Origin: Octopus vulgaris
Taxonomy: Eukaryota
Reading direction: 5' to 3'
Assembly: GCA_951406725.2 (NCBI GenBank)
Contig: OX597818.1
Coordinates: 103,044,001-103,108,000 of the forward strand
DNA length: 64,000 nucleotides
Both the position numbers and the translations under genes were made by a program. Position 1 is the stretch's first letter. Every line of letters begins with the position of its first letter. Positions 1 through 16,342 of this stretch are shown here, in pieces. Below the pieces are notes generated by a model. The model saw nothing but the letters and a program-made list of their open reading frames with translations. It searched no databases and had not been told where the DNA came from.

Positions 1-705
<705 letters not shown>

Positions 706-1424
706 GTAGAGGATTGCGTGGACACGGAAGTGAAATGTCTCAATCAGTGTGTTAACGAAAGCACAGAAGTACTGCCAACAGCAACAAACAATGGCAACAC
801 ATTAAGAGAAGGACAGACAAAAAGATGACGTATCTAAAAAGAGACAGAAGAAAAGTTATATGGAAAAAAACATTTATACTTTCAGGTTATTCATTTATGA
901 AGAATACTGAGGTAGAAAGAAGCGAAAACACATGAAATTGGTTGAAATTGAAAAAGGGAATTATCAAGAGAGAGATTGAAGGAATAATAATGGCGGTTCA
1001 TAATGAAACCCCGTGGACAAATAGTGCAAAATGCATGGCAGGAGTCAATGTGTCATCGTTGCGCAGAAGAAACAGTGACCCACATAATAAGTGAATGTTC
1101 CAAACTGGTGCAGAAACAGCAGAAAACTTGAGGACATTAAAATGTTGCAACGATCATCTACTGGGAAATGTGTACGAAGTATGGAGTACCATCAGGACAC
1201 AATTGGTATGAATATGCAGATGAAAACCGACTGAGAATGATGAGATTGAAGTTCTTTGGGAGTTTCCTCTCCAAGCGGATCATGTCCAAGAGCATAAACG
1301 ACCGAATGTCTTTGGTGTTTCAGAAGTGGAAACGGATTTGCTACATAACTGATGTAGCTTGTCCAGTTGATACAAGAATAAATGGAAAAGAAATCAACGA
1401 GGTAGATGATATATACCAGGACTT

Positions 1425-1463
<39 letters not shown>

Positions 1464-1530
1464 AGAGAAGAGTAGATTGTGGTGTGGCATAAAATTGAGG
1501 TCGTGTCAATTATTATTGAAGCCTTAGGAA
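706..1530 (+). mobile_element. Dong/R4-like LINE remnant with restriction-like endonuclease region (pseudogenised)
   Basis: Frameshifted peptides ETVTHIISECSKL, NVATIIYWEMCTKYG..WYE, ENDEIEVLW, CYITDVACPVDTRI..YQDLKRE, RLW..VVSIIIEALG match the CCHC/RLE region; begins in (TAA)n. Confidence 0.8.
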
Positions 1531-1684
1531 AAACGGGTTGAAATAATGGACAGAAATGATTGGCTTGTAGATGCGCATATAGTACATGCAACCGGCCTGC
1601 TTGTAAGCAACAGCGAAAATCATTTGAAAAGTCTTGGATGGCTGAGGTCACAGCAGATGGTGACTTGTTATCCGAGAAAAAACC

Positions 1685-1915
1685 TATTTCTTTATTACCC
1701 ACAAGGGGCTAAACATAGAGGGTACAAACAAGGACAGACAAACGGATTAAGTAGATTATATCGACCTCAGTGCGTAACTGGTACTTATTTAATCGACCCC
1801 GAAAGGATGAAAGGCAAAGTCGACCTCGGCGGAATTTGAACTCAGAACGTAGCGGCAGACGAAATACCGCTAAATATTTCACACGGAGTGCTAACGATTC
1901 TGCCAGCTCACCGCC
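1685..1915 (-). mobile_element. tRNA-derived SINE family A, full length
   Basis: Reverse complement has a GGCGGTGAGCTGGCAGAA head, a GTTCAAATTCC B-box and a central GCCTTTCATCCTTTCGGGGTCGAT block (Meta-like domain); more than 10 copies in the window. Confidence 0.9.
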
Positions 1916-2179
1916 TTCACTTCTATACCTTTGTGCGTTGGCATATTTCAGTTTATTGTGGCTTTGCCATTCTCCAAGACTACATTCTGACCTATATCTA
2001 TACGCTCTCGTTTCTGTTGGTATTTCAGTCGAATAACTTCTAATGTACTTAGTTTCCAACTCTGTAATATATGTGGATATATTATTTATTGACTTAAGCT
2101 GGACCGACAGAAATGAGGCGGTTAGTTCTTTCTTCTCCATCTCAAAAGTTGCTCTACTTTATATACTTTTGCTTTATTT

Positions 2180-2575
2180 ACTCTTTTACTCTTTTATTTG
2201 TTTCAGTCATTTGACTACGACCATGCTGGAGCACCGCCTTTAGTCGAACAAATCGACCCCAGGACTTATTCTTTGTAAGCCTAGTACTTATTTTTTCGGT
2301 CTCTTTTGCCGAACTGCTAGGTTACGGGGACGTAAACGCACCAACATCGGTTGTCATGCGATATTCGGGTGACAAACACAGACGCACAAACACACACACA
2401 TATATATATATACATATATACGACGGGCTTCTTTCAGTTTCTGTCTACGAAATCCACTCGCAAGGCTTTGGTCGGCCCGAGGCTATAGAAGAAGACACTT
2501 GCCCAAGGTGCTACGCAGTGGGAATGAACCCGGAACCATGTGGTTGGTAAGCAACCACACAGCCATTCCTGCGTA
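2180..2575 (-). mobile_element. SINE family B (CORE-like), full length
   Basis: Reverse complement has CACCTTGGGCAAGTGTCTT (CORE-like), an internal (TA)/(TG) tract and a GGCGGTGCTCCAGCATGG...AAAAGAGT tail; multi-copy. Confidence 0.9.
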
Positions 2576-2589
2576 TACTTTTGATGGTT

Positions 2590-3140
2590 TATAGTGGGTA
2601 GGTTTTGGTCCTGTACTGCATTCAAAAAACATTCAGTCTCTACTTTCAGTCATGAAATGTTGCGATTTTTCGTTGTCTTCTTTACTTGGTCCAGCTTTTC
2701 CAGGGTTACTCACGTAGAATATTTCCTTGCCATAAATTTCTCACGGTAATGTTGGCAAAGTCGTTAACTCATCGGACAAAATGTTTTATGACATATCATC
2801 CGTTTCTTGATTGTGTCGTCACTCTGTGTGGTTCTCTGAAAGGCTCACTTGGAAGCATTTCTGCATTTCTAGATTTTATCTCAAACTGCAACTGCCCCTC
2901 AGTATATTATCAGGCTAAATCTTCGAGAAATTATCTATCTCGGCCTCGACAAAAAATTTCTCCAGACCAGATTAGCCAGCTTGTTTTCGTCGACGACCAA
3001 AGATCTCTCTAAAATGACGCTACTCTTCTCAAAAGCTAATCTGCCGTAGATTTCTAAAGTAGAATATTTACCTATCCCATTTATGCTACAGATATGCGCT
3101 GGTGAATACCTGTGTGAATACCCGTCGACATTCAAGATCT
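2590..3140 (-). mobile_element. Possible decayed Ty3/gypsy pol fragment (protease to RT start)
   Basis: SINGIGKYST..GRL...SLVVDE...RNFL resembles a retropepsin flap and C-terminus; downstream LNAV and TKTYPL resemble the RT N-terminus. Heavily disrupted. Confidence 0.35.
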
Positions 3141-3177
3141 CAGGCGCTCTGTCTTAGTTTACATCACTCTAATTATA

Positions 3178-3405
3178 TATTTCTTTATTGCCCACAAGGG
3201 GCTAAACATAGAGGGGACAAACAAAGACGGACAAAGTGATTAAGTCGATTACATCGACCCCAGTGCGCAACTGGTACTTTATTATCGACTCCGAAAGGAT
3301 GAAAGGCAAAGTCGATATCGGCGGAATTTTAACTCAGAACATAACGGCAGACGAAATATGGCTACGCATTTCACCCGGCGTGCTAACGTTTCTGCCAGCT
3401 CACCG
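3178..3405 (-). mobile_element. SINE family A
   Basis: Near-identical to 1685-1915. Confidence 0.9.
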
Positions 3406-3824
3406 TTCTCATCGCTCACAATTATAACCGATCAAAGAAAATTGCTGCTAAAAGACGTACCTCACGACGTGCATGCAGCCTTTCCCTACCAACGAATCTG
3501 TTCTGCGCATCGGCAACCAGGACATGCCTAACAAGACAGCCAAGAATTGGTGTTACCAGTTAGACCGCTTGACAAGGTGGAGAACGGGACGAAGCAAGAC
3601 GGTCAGGCGATAAATATACTCTGATACGGTGGCATCTGGAGAGGAAAAACATTCCTTCCCAGCCAGGTGAAAGAAAGGCAGTGGGGCTGTCACCATTCTA
3701 GACTAGGCTGAGAGCTAGGTTATTCTCTAGGATAGAGCAATTTATTCGACATAAACCTACAGACCAGCAATGCCTAAGCACAAAACGAGCGTCTGTAAAA
3801 GGGTCTCATCGCTTATGCCGGCAA

Positions 3825-3877
3825 TGGTGATGATTGTGATGAAAATAATAATAATGATGACGAAGATGATGATGATG

Positions 3878-3937
<60 letters not shown>

Positions 3938-4060
3938 GTAATAATGGTGATGATGATGATGATGATGATGATATCATAGCGTGGCTTAAAAAGAAACACA
4001 ACCCGTAAGAAAATACAATACCGAAATGAATAATGATGAAAACGTATAACACGATTAACA

Positions 4061-4104
<44 letters not shown>

Positions 4105-4132
4105 ATAATAATAATAATAATAATACTACTAC

Positions 4133-4174
<42 letters not shown>

Positions 4175-4240
4175 CACCACCACCACCAATACTACTACTA
4201 TTACTTCTACTATTACTACAATAATAACAACAACAATAAA
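3825..4240. repeat. Mixed trinucleotide tracts (ATG/TAA/CTA)
   Basis: Directly visible repeats. Confidence 0.9.
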
Positions 4241-4409
4241 ACAATGGTACCGCTGGAAAAGCAGTGTTTCTTCAAGAAAGTATTAGCTAATCTTTAAAAA
4301 CATTTCCAAGTATTGAATAGCCTTGAGCAGCTCCTCAGGAGTTGCAAAATTATATATATTCATAGGGGAAGTACATTCTCTCCGGCCTACACTCATACGC
4401 AAACATACG

Positions 4410-4523
<114 letters not shown>

Positions 4524-4772
4524 CGCGTGTGTGTGTGTGTACGCGTGTGTGTGTAAATGTCTGCAGACACATAGCCATTGAAACGTTTTAATATCGAAGA
4601 CGTACAAATTTCGCGCGTTTGTGTGTAAAGAAATTTATAAAAGTTTTAAAATACATACTTACATATACATACACACATACATACATACATACATACATAC
4701 ATACATACATACATACATACATACATACATACATACTTACATATGTGTGTATAAGCAAATTTATACACACAT

Positions 4773-4830
<58 letters not shown>

Positions 4831-4934
4831 ATGCATATGTATGTGTATGTGTATGCTATGTTCTTGAATGCTGAACACTTCTAATGAAACGTACATGCCT
4901 AGCATACACAGGCAAATACACACTTAGGTATATT

Positions 4935-4987
<53 letters not shown>

Positions 4988-5019
4988 GTATGTATATGTC
5001 TATATCTATATGTATATGC

Positions 5020-5245
5020 ATACGTTTGTGTGTTTGAGTTTGTCCCCCCGCCCATCCTTGACAACCAATGCTGGTACATTTACGTTCCCCGTAACTTAGC
5101 GGTGCAGCAAAATAAACCAATACGATGAGTACTAAGCTTAGAAAGAATTAGTCCTGGGGTCGAATTGCTCGACTAAAGGCGGTGCTCCAGCGCATGGCTG
5201 CAGTTAATTGACTGAAACAAGTACAAAAGTAAAAAAATAAAAGAA
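5020..5245 (+). mobile_element. SINE family B, 3' half
   Basis: CCCCGTAACTTAGCGG...GGCGGTGCTCCAGC tail. Confidence 0.85.
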
Positions 5246-5644
5246 TATATATATACATACATACATACACACATGTATGGAAAGAGACATAGGAGAAAGG
5301 TACGAGGGAAGTAAAAAAGGAGGGAAAGTGATGAGAATGAAGGGAAAACCAAGCCATGTTTGAGGGGGGGAGCGACAAAAAGAAAAGAGGAAAGAAAGAA
5401 GAAAGTGTGAAGTGAGTAAAAGAGTAAAAGAGCCGTATAGAATTTAGATATATACATACTTACATGCAGGAAACCAAAATATATGTGTATATTAAAAAAC
5501 AAACCAAAAAAGATGGATCAAGAACGTTACTGGCGACAACAAAACATCCGGACAGTTTTTTTTATATATGCATGAAGCGGCGTACGTACTCAACTGGTGT
5601 CCTAAATGTACACACACAGACACACGCACACACACACACGCACG

Positions 5645-5692
<48 letters not shown>

Positions 5693-6054
5693 AACACACA
5701 CACACACACACATATATATACTGACCATCCTGTGAATCTAACACCATCATGCACCACACAGACACATTTATGCATACAAACTTGTATATTTTCATATACA
5801 CGTCCGCAGAATCACTACCGGATCCTTACACAGCTGTCTTTCTTCCTCTTTCTTCATCTCCCACTCCTTCTCTTCCTTACTTCCTCTCTTCCTCTCCCCC
5901 ACTCTCCCCTTCATTTTAGCTCTCTCTACCAATCGCGCTCTCTTTTTCCTTGCTATCTCTGTTTCTGGACGCATGCATATATGATACATAATATTTTCAC
6001 ATGCACTCACACACAGAGATATACACTCATATACATGAATGCACATAAAGATAC

Positions 6055-6265
6055 TTTATTCTTTACTTGTATCAGTGATTTGACTGCGGCCATGCTGGAG
6101 CACCGCCGTTAGTCGAACGAATCGAGACCATAACTTATTCTTTGTAAGCCTAGTACTTATTATATCGGTCTTTTTTTTTTTTTACCAAACCGCTAATGTT
6201 ACGGGAACGTAAACACACCAGCATCGGCTGTCAAACGATGTAGGAGGGTCAAATACAGACACAAG
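6055..6265 (-). mobile_element. SINE family B, 3' half
   Basis: Reverse complement of the family B tail and body. Confidence 0.85.
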
Positions 6266-6266
6266 C

Positions 6267-6331
<65 letters not shown>

Positions 6332-6347
6332 CGTGTGTGTGTGTGTA

Positions 6348-7200
6348 CTAGCTACGTACCCGGTTATTCCAGAGACAGCTGGGTTTACCCCTAGGTTCCA
6401 TTCTCATAATTATTTCGCTAATCCAATTACAACAATACAAAGTATGAAGCCTTAAAATCCCTTAAAACGGAACTGCCTTATACAAGATCTTGTTTTTAGG
6501 AATTCCCTATAAGATATTAATACCCAAATTGTGAGGTCAGTAAGAATTCAAATAAAGTAGCCCCGAAAAGTGTTTTAATGCGTTCCCAGAGAATATAGAA
6601 CTTAGGAGGAAATACTAATAAGGTATGTATACTAAAAACTTCAAGCATGTTACGTAATAACAGGCTAATCAAGTATGAGATAATGAAAATTCAGAGTAAA
6701 TAACTCTGAAAAGGGCTTTTGTGCGTTCCAATAGAATATTACCCCCAGTGGCACTAGCGTTGGTTTATTTGTGAATAAGTCACTAACCAAAGTAAGTAGA
6801 TCTATTGTTTCGGAAAATGCAATTTGCTTGTTTAAGAATTGTACTGCATAAATTTCGAAAATACTTCTAACAGTTCAAATACAAAGAAATAAACATATTT
6901 AATTTGATCTATACCAAATGATTAAGGAAAATGAATGGGTTATTTCTCTTGGCTATTAAAATCTGGTCGAATGGGTTATTTCCCTTGACTGTTAAAATGA
7001 AATATATTACATACATATAAAAGGATCGCTTCCAGGGGCCCTATTATCGATTTTGCAACAATCTGAGGTTGCCACGAGGTTTCCAGATATGAGTTCTACT
7101 CATTTGTAAAGTTTCATCAAAATCGATAATATAATGTAGGAGGAGTTAGCTAACAACTCCACAAACAGCCAAAGACAGAATTTCCCACATATGTAGTAGA
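6348..7200 (-). mobile_element. Non-autonomous Helitron-like element
   Basis: On the minus strand it starts TC (7200-7199) and ends CTAG (6351-6348), between host A and T. It has a weak subterminal CCGG/CCAG hairpin and an AAGTTTCATCAAAATCG block typical of such elements. Confidence 0.7.
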
Positions 7201-7766
7201 TATATGAGAACTTGTGGCCTAGTGGTTAGGGTTTTGTACTCACGATTGCGAGAGTATATTTGATATACGCTACGTATATTTGATCACTATAAATAAAACA
7301 TTCGTGCATGTCGTTCGGCAAAGATTGAACGCTTATACGTCATCTTCGACGGGGGACTCCATCATATACATTTTTAAATATATTTTGAAACTAGCTTAAA
7401 AGTCCACCGATAGGGCGGCTTTTAACCTATCTCCAGTGGAGGGTTCTTCATTGGGTCTTGGGCCCAACAATAACACTTCATGCATTGAGTACATGTTAAA
7501 TTTTATCAAACTTGATCGATTTTTTTCAAGCAATGAATAATTTTCGTCAACACAATTTTATAATTTACACAAAAGTTAACACTAGATTTTCACATGCATG
7601 TGAAAAACTACGTGAATAAGGATTGCATCTAACCGCTACAAAATTGCAAGAAGGAATGCCAATACATACATACATACATACATGCATACATACATGTATA
7701 CATACATACATACATACATACATACATACATACATACATACATGCATGCATGCATACATACATACA

Positions 7767-8172
<406 letters not shown>

Positions 8173-8436
8173 GCATGCATGTATGTATGTATGTATGTAT
8201 GTATGTATGTATGTATGTATGCATGTATGTATGCATGTATGGGTTATAAACAGCTGAAAGACTAAAACTGATCACACTACATACTAAGTATGTCTACCTG
8301 TTGGAAATAGCAGTCGAAACTCTCATTTAAATCGCTAAAATACATTGATAATAACTACAGAAATCAACGCTAAATAATAATTGAGTCAATGATATCTTTG
8401 CAAATTATTTTCTGGGGAATTATTTGTTCCGTTTTG

Positions 8437-8601
<165 letters not shown>

Positions 8602-9277
8602 CATATATATATATACATATATGCATACATATGCATATATTTATATTTATATAACATAGACATACACAAATACGTTTTCATATCTAAAAGACGTTCACTT
8701 TCTGAAGAGTTGGACTTATCATATCAAGTTTGCCTAACTTTATGTGTTACCCAAGTGGGATATTATAAATGTCATTAATTACTGCGAAGCAAACCAAGAC
8801 AAGCATTAAATATAAGAACTGCATGCAAAGGAAATAATTCCCATATCGTTAATTAGGTTGCATTACTTAGTTTCAACATTGTAGCATAGATGGACATTTA
8901 TCATACTGTTGTTGAGTTCATTGATCTGACCATAAATGTAGTAATGCTGTCAAGACACACATTAGAAAGGTGACAACATATTGCCAGCTATGATATTAAG
9001 GTATATGATACAGTATGTAGCCTTTTAGTATATGAGGATGTAATATGCATATCATTATTCGGCTTGTTAATCACACATTCATATACTGAGGCACTACGTC
9101 GGTTACGACGACGTAGGTTCCAGTTGAGCCGTCTACCAACTCCAATCACAAGATCAGAAGGTCAGAAGATCAGAAGAAAACTTGTCCAAGATTCCACGCA
9201 GAGGGATTTAACCCAGAACCATGTGGTTGGCAAGCAAGCTTCTTACAATGCAGCCTATATAATATATATATATATAG

Positions 9278-10045
<768 letters not shown>

Positions 10046-10529
10046 GCAAGCGTGGCTGTTATAGAATTGAAAAGTGGCGAGCTTTTGCACACTAGCATTC
10101 GAATTTTCTGAAAATACAAATATCTGTTGAATATGTTTAATGCGACATCGAAGTCATTTGTTAAATGGTTTCGTTATGTGAAGAGTAACATCAAAGAAAC
10201 TGAGATGAAAGAAAGAGGGAATAAGAAAACAGGCAGGAAAAAGGAGTAGTATAAGATCATAAGGGATATAAAAGTAACATAAGATCATAAAGAATATAAA
10301 ATAGTTAAAATAGAAAAACGCAAATAAAACGAATTATTTTGGGGGTCAACGTGCTGAGACATGATGCTGGGAGGATCTTGACGCTACTTTGGATGTTGGG
10401 TGGTGGCATAGGATAATCAGCGACACCAGCTTTTTTTTTTTTTGTATTTAGTACCGTAAGTGCAGCAGCAATGTTTAAGAGGGAATAGCCATTTAGATGT
10501 TGTGAGAGTGTCATCTACCCTTAGGTTCG

Positions 10530-10790
10530 TATACCGCGCTTACTGAGGCGAGAAGCTTGAATTTCATTAACATAGCGTTTGCAACAGTAAGATAGGTCAT
10601 TCTTTCTGTTAAGAGAAAACGCGTCTTGGTGGATAATGTGTGGATTCTCACAGTGGCAGGATTGTCACCTGTGTTTTCAAGTTGGCCATAGAGTCTCCAA
10701 ATAAAGCATGATTGGGAAGTAGCCTTTTTTTTTAATATCTCTGTACGGGAGTCCCTTTCCTTAGCGTTATTGCCTGTCATACTTGTGTCA
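10530..10790 (-). mobile_element. Penelope-like GIY-YIG C-terminal remnant
   Basis: TSQSCFIWRL and, in shifted frames, SLNRKNDLSYCCKR / MKFKL resemble the PLE C-terminal T.LS..IW.L and LNKR.E...CRH..KF.L motifs. Confidence 0.45.
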
Positions 10791-10871
10791 TGACTTTGGA
10801 AGTTATTAGATGGTACTAAGGGGACACTACAAAATAGGAGGGAAACGGTCTTCTCAGTAGAGAGGTTTGAG

Positions 10872-11038
10872 CACTACCGTAGCTAGAGTGTGTGCTGCCC
10901 GGGGCATCCCTTCCGTTTACCGTCCCCGGACCCCACAACAAAAAAAATCACATTGCATACAGCCGACCCAAAAGCGCCACTCTTTTAAAAGTACCGCCAG
11001 GAGTTGACCACTCCCATTATTCCCTTGCTACACTAGTG
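10872..11038. mobile_element. MITE with ~17-bp imperfect TIRs
   Basis: CACTACCGTAGCTAGAG at the left; reverse complement of the right end is CACTAGTGTAGCAAGGG. Confidence 0.65.
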
Positions 11039-11344
11039 GTTGTGAGGATATCGGTTGTTCGAAGCTTATATGTTCAGCGTCTTTGGGCCTATTTTAGCAT
11101 GCAGTATTTGAAATGATATTATCTAAACATGAATAGCTGTCATTGCCACTATGGGTACTGAAAAAGTTATTATAGCCATGAGTTCAACGGAAATAATTTT
11201 TAATTAGCACCAGGAAGCTCCGAGCTGTCTATGGAAACCTGTCTGTATGAAGGAATGAACCGTATTATAGCTATTTATTTATTCAATAATATTTTTATTC
11301 AGGTTCCCTCTCTTCTAGTTTGGAGGCGGCAGGGTTCCTCCTGG

Positions 11345-11740
11345 TTGTGTGGTAAGTAGCTTGCTTACCAACCACATGGTTCCGGGTTCAGTCTCACCGC
11401 GTGGCACCTTGGGCAAGTGTCTTCTACTATAGCGTCGGGGCGACCAAAGCCTTGTGAGTGGATTTGGTAGACGGAAACTGAATGAAGCCCGTCGTATATA
11501 TGTATATATATGTGTGTGTGTGCTTGTGTGTCTGTGTTCATCCCCCCAACATCACTTCACAACCGATGCTGGTGTGCTTACGTCCCCGTAACTTAGCGGT
11601 TCGGCAAAAAAGACCGATAGAACAAGTACAAGGCTTACAAAGAATAAGTCCTGGGTTCGATTTGCTCGGCTAAAGGCGGTGCTCCAGCATGGCCGCAGTC
11701 AAATGCCTGAAACAAGTAAAAGAGTGAAAGCGTAAAAGAG
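11345..11740 (+). mobile_element. SINE family B (CORE-like), full length
   Basis: GTGTGGTAAG head, GGTTCAGTC B-box-like motif, GTGGCACCTTGGGCAAGTG core and tail. Confidence 0.9.
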
Positions 11741-13763
11741 ATAAAACTACTCGCTAATGCCTCATTATAGTGGGGCGTGCTATGGGCGAATATCTCTGCC
11801 CGCCGAGGGATTCTTCTACCTATGCTTGTGACAACATTTTCAATTGCTGTTGGAGATATTTAAATATATGCATATACGCTATATTCTTTCTACTCTAGGC
11901 ACAAGGCTCGACAATTTTGGGGAGGGAGCCAGCCGATTCGATCGACTCCAGTACGCAACTGGTACTTAATTCATCGACCCCTTTCACCTTTTGAAGCAGG
12001 CAACTGGGATTAATACAAGGATGTCATAACGTATTACAACTTCATCACTGCACTTAAATATGTGTAGTATTTATATTCTACTTTCACAGTTTACATTCCT
12101 AGTGCTATTTTATCATGAGTGTTTCTGTTTTGTATGCAGCCGTTCCTAAATTTTATATTTTGTGGTAATCTATTGGAGATTTTGTAATAATAAGCAATTA
12201 CTCGTATTTTGTACTAAGTTGTAGTGGCTCCCTGCTCTAAACAAATTGCCGTTTTGCACTATTTGTGTGTTTGATATAAACTCTTGGGTCAGTTTAACGC
12301 TCCTATCGTAATTATATATTACAAAGTTTTGTCTGTAGAATTTGGCTGATGTTCGATTTCAGATTGATGCGGAGGTTTCGTTGCTCTCCGTTTTTAAATA
12401 TATTTCAACATCTCGATTAACTGTATATGTGGTATATGTATTCTGTATTCAAAAACCGTATTCTTTTATTCTATCACAAAGATACATTTACTTCATGTAA
12501 TATATATATATTCTTTTTTTTTTATTCTAGAGCTTGTACATCTCGTATATGGACACTTGAAATTCTTCGGCTATTGCTCTGCTGCTTGTCTACAGATATG
12601 ATCGAATATCCGTTATTAACTAATGTTTGTTTAACCGTGAATATTGCATTTGAAGAATAAACTTCAGAGATCATTCAACCCAGACCGCATGTCTAGGATA
12701 ACCACAGATCCTTTCTTCGCTACTTTCTATCAATTGATCAGCATTATGGTCATCGTACTGCCCTTCTTCTTGTTATTAACCCATACGAAAACTTTGAAAA
12801 AAGAATGGAAACAAAACAAAACAAAAAGGCCCTATTCGCTTCAGGAACATAATATTGCAAAGTTAATTGCAATACCAATTTAGTTGTTTATCATTAATTT
12901 CTGCGACCTGCAGGTTTTCGTTTCTGTTTTATGGGAGGTTATAATTTTTATTTTACAACAATTTCTATTTGTTTTCTTAGTAAACCGGAAAATTGCAAAT
13001 CGACTCTGTAAAATGGCGATAATAAAATACAAAAATCACTCTGCTTTCATAAAATTTTGAAATCGTTGTTCAACAGCCGACGAGGAAGGATGAGAGTATT
13101 CCTTTCGAACATTAGAATTGCCTGTATCAATTTAACAAAAAGCTAAATAAATAAAATATATACAACCTCTAACATTTATGTTTTTATGCATGAGTTCATG
13201 CAACATTAGGTACATTTAACCACCGCTTTGAGCTTTTAACAGCATATAGCAAAAAAAAAAACAACAAAAAAAACTAGGTTACACTCAATACATGAGCTTG
13301 GCAATAATATGACTGACAACTCAACAAAGAAGCCTCTATGTGGAAGTGTGCAATCAGTATGAAACAGTTGCGAGCAATTCCCTCAGATAAAACCCTAAAG
13401 TCCTAACAAAAAAGAAGACGAAGACAATATTGCATAAACATAATTTACGCCTGAGTGAATTTTATCTCTCTCTCTCTCTATATATATATATCTATCTATC
13501 TTTCTCTCTCTATATATATATATTTATTTGTACAAAAGCTCTATAATTATGAGTATATTTATAATTAGGTTTCAGCAAAATTTGCTTCACCACATACTGA
13601 AATTTAGAAATAGCAGTTAAAATACTATTCTACTACCATAAGGTATCTCCCTGTAGCAATACTCAACAACTCACGCAGGTGAAGAGAAAAAGGTAAAGAG
13701 AATTATTGATAATATATATTTATTTGTGTTTGTATATATATATATACATACATATACATACAT

Positions 13764-13820
<57 letters not shown>

Positions 13821-14394
13821 CACACATATATATATATACATACATAAATACATATATATATATATATATATAAATATATACAAACATATTTATATATATA
13901 CATGTATATATGCACACACACGCATGCACACACACAAACACGCACACACACACACATATATATACACGTATATATAAGTCCCGGGGTCGATTTGCTCGAC
14001 TAAAAGTGGTGCTCCAGCATGGCCGCAGTCAAATGACTGAAAGAAGTAAAAGAGTAAAGAGAGTATCTCATATTAAGAAATATATTTACGCAAATTACAC
14101 AAAATGATCTTGAAATACTAAAGAATATATTTATTCAATAGGACTGAACCTTCAACCATTTAATTGGGAAGTTAACTTCTTACTTAGAGCACACTTCCAC
14201 CACTCACTAAAATTTTAAAAGTTTAAAAATGTGTAAAGTAATTAAGAGTTGCTTTTATTAAGAAAACGGAATATATTCTAGGTGAAATCCAAAAATTAAC
14301 GTTCAGCATTGTGAAAATGGTAAGAATATTTTACACACACACGCACAAAAAAAAAAACGCTTATTAACATGCAAATCTCCAAGGTACGATATTG

Positions 14395-14826
14395 ATTTCA
14401 AATTTTGGCACAAGGCCAGTGAGTTTGTGGGAGGCTAAAGTCGATTAAATTGACCCCAGTACTTAAATGGTATTTATTTAAAGGGATTAAGTCGATTATA
14501 TCGTCTCCAATGCGTAACTGGTACTTAATTTATCGACCCAGAAAGGATGAAAGGCAAAGCCGAGGTCGACTTTGCCTTTCATCCTTTCGAGGTCGATAAA
14601 TTAAGTACAAGTTACGCACTGGGGACGATATAATCGACTTAATCCCTTTGTCTGTCCTTGTTTGTCCTCTCTGTGTTTAGCCCCTTGTGAGTAGTAAAGA
14701 AATAGGTATTTATTTAATTGACCCCGAAAAGAGGAAAGTTAACCTCGGCGGAATTTGAACTCAGAAAGTAAAGACGTACGCTAAGCATTTTGCTTGGCGT
14801 GCTAACGATTCTGCCAGCACGCCGCC
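14395..14826. mobile_element. Nested SINE A: fold-back copy (14482-14704) inserted in an older minus-strand copy
   Basis: 13-bp TSD GGTATTTATTTAA at 14469-14481 and 14705-14717; palindrome 14480-14649. Confidence 0.85.
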
Positions 14827-15205
14827 TCTGCAAACATATAGACATTGATTAGTAACAGATAAGCTGTGATCGAAGGTTATTCTAATGAATGCGTATTAGA
14901 TGTGACCAATCAATACTTATTCAGACATCGTGTATCTCGTAATGCATTATCTAATCTTTTATTCCCTATTTGCATGCTGTATTGTTATTTGAGGGAAGCG
15001 GTTTGGCTATTATTTCTGCTAAGTTGACTGATCATGTAGAGGCTCTCTCTCTCTCGTTTCCTCGCTGTCATGTACCAAAAATTCGAATTGTAAGGTAATT
15101 ATCAGTATGAACATTACCAAACTATTACAATCAATGTCAATGCTCAATCTGCCTCCCAAAAATGGAGCAATCGCTACTTGTAATATATCAGAAAGAAAAA
15201 ATCGG

Positions 15206-15288
<83 letters not shown>

Positions 15289-15326
15289 GTATGCATGTAT
15301 ATATATGTATGTATATATATATATAT

Positions 15327-15371
<45 letters not shown>

Positions 15372-16079
15372 GAGAGGGAGAGAGAGAATGGAGACAGAGG
15401 TGTAAGAAAAATATGGGAGACAGAGATAGGAAAGGCGGGAATAATGAGAAGCAGAATTACAAAACTCAGAAGTAAACTCGAATTGAGAAATTAACAAAAT
15501 GTAATAGATACAACAAAAATGAAATTAATAATTAATAGTAAAATATATCAATTTCAACAGGAAAATTTCTATTGACAAAATAAAGAGTAAAAAACAAAAC
15601 GGAACAAAACGGAACAAAACGAAAATTCACACATAAAAAGTAATCAAAAATAAAATTAAACAGAAATGCTAAAAAACAAATGTGTTAGAGACCATAATGA
15701 AATAATAGTGCGCTAATTATTTGAACAGGTGAAATGTTTTCGGAAGAGGACAAAGAAAAATAATAATAATAAACATTAAGAAAAATAAAATATAAAATAA
15801 ACATACCCAAAACACCTACTAAACCATGAATAACCACAATAACATCAATTATAAAACACAGCATTATATTGGCTATCTTAATCAGTTTTCCATTATCTTA
15901 AGAAATTATAAGAAATAATAATAATAATAAGAGTAATATAAAACAACCGAAACGAAACGAAAATAATTACATAAGAATTTATCATATTTCTTAATTTAAT
16001 TTTATTTTATTTTATTATTTTTTTCTCTTTTCGTCCACAATTCCCGTCTTGGGTCACCGCTTTCTCCTTCGACACCGCC

Positions 16080-16311
16080 GTAACAGTCGTCTCCACCACC
16101 ATCACCACCACCACCACCACTACCACCATCATTACTACGACTGCCATCCGGGACCGTCGCTGCCGCTGCTGCCTTCTACGGGTATACGCCTCTCCAAAGC
16201 ACACACATTTTCGTCGTAGTTATCCTCATCTGCTACCTCGTCTACTTCGTCCTCATCACGATCGCCACGATCGTCATCATCACCAGAACCACCACCACCA
16301 GCACCACCACA

Positions 16312-16342
<31 letters not shown>

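Noticed and set aside
12000-12700. Possible PLE RT remnant (LVNNGYS); similar weak signal at 50130-50600
   Set aside because: Only single weak motifs; too decayed to call.
12980-13020. ETS-like plus YY1-like (AAAATGGCG) promoter motifs; also GCGGCCATTTT near 44942
   Set aside because: Short motifs expected by chance, with no associated gene visible.
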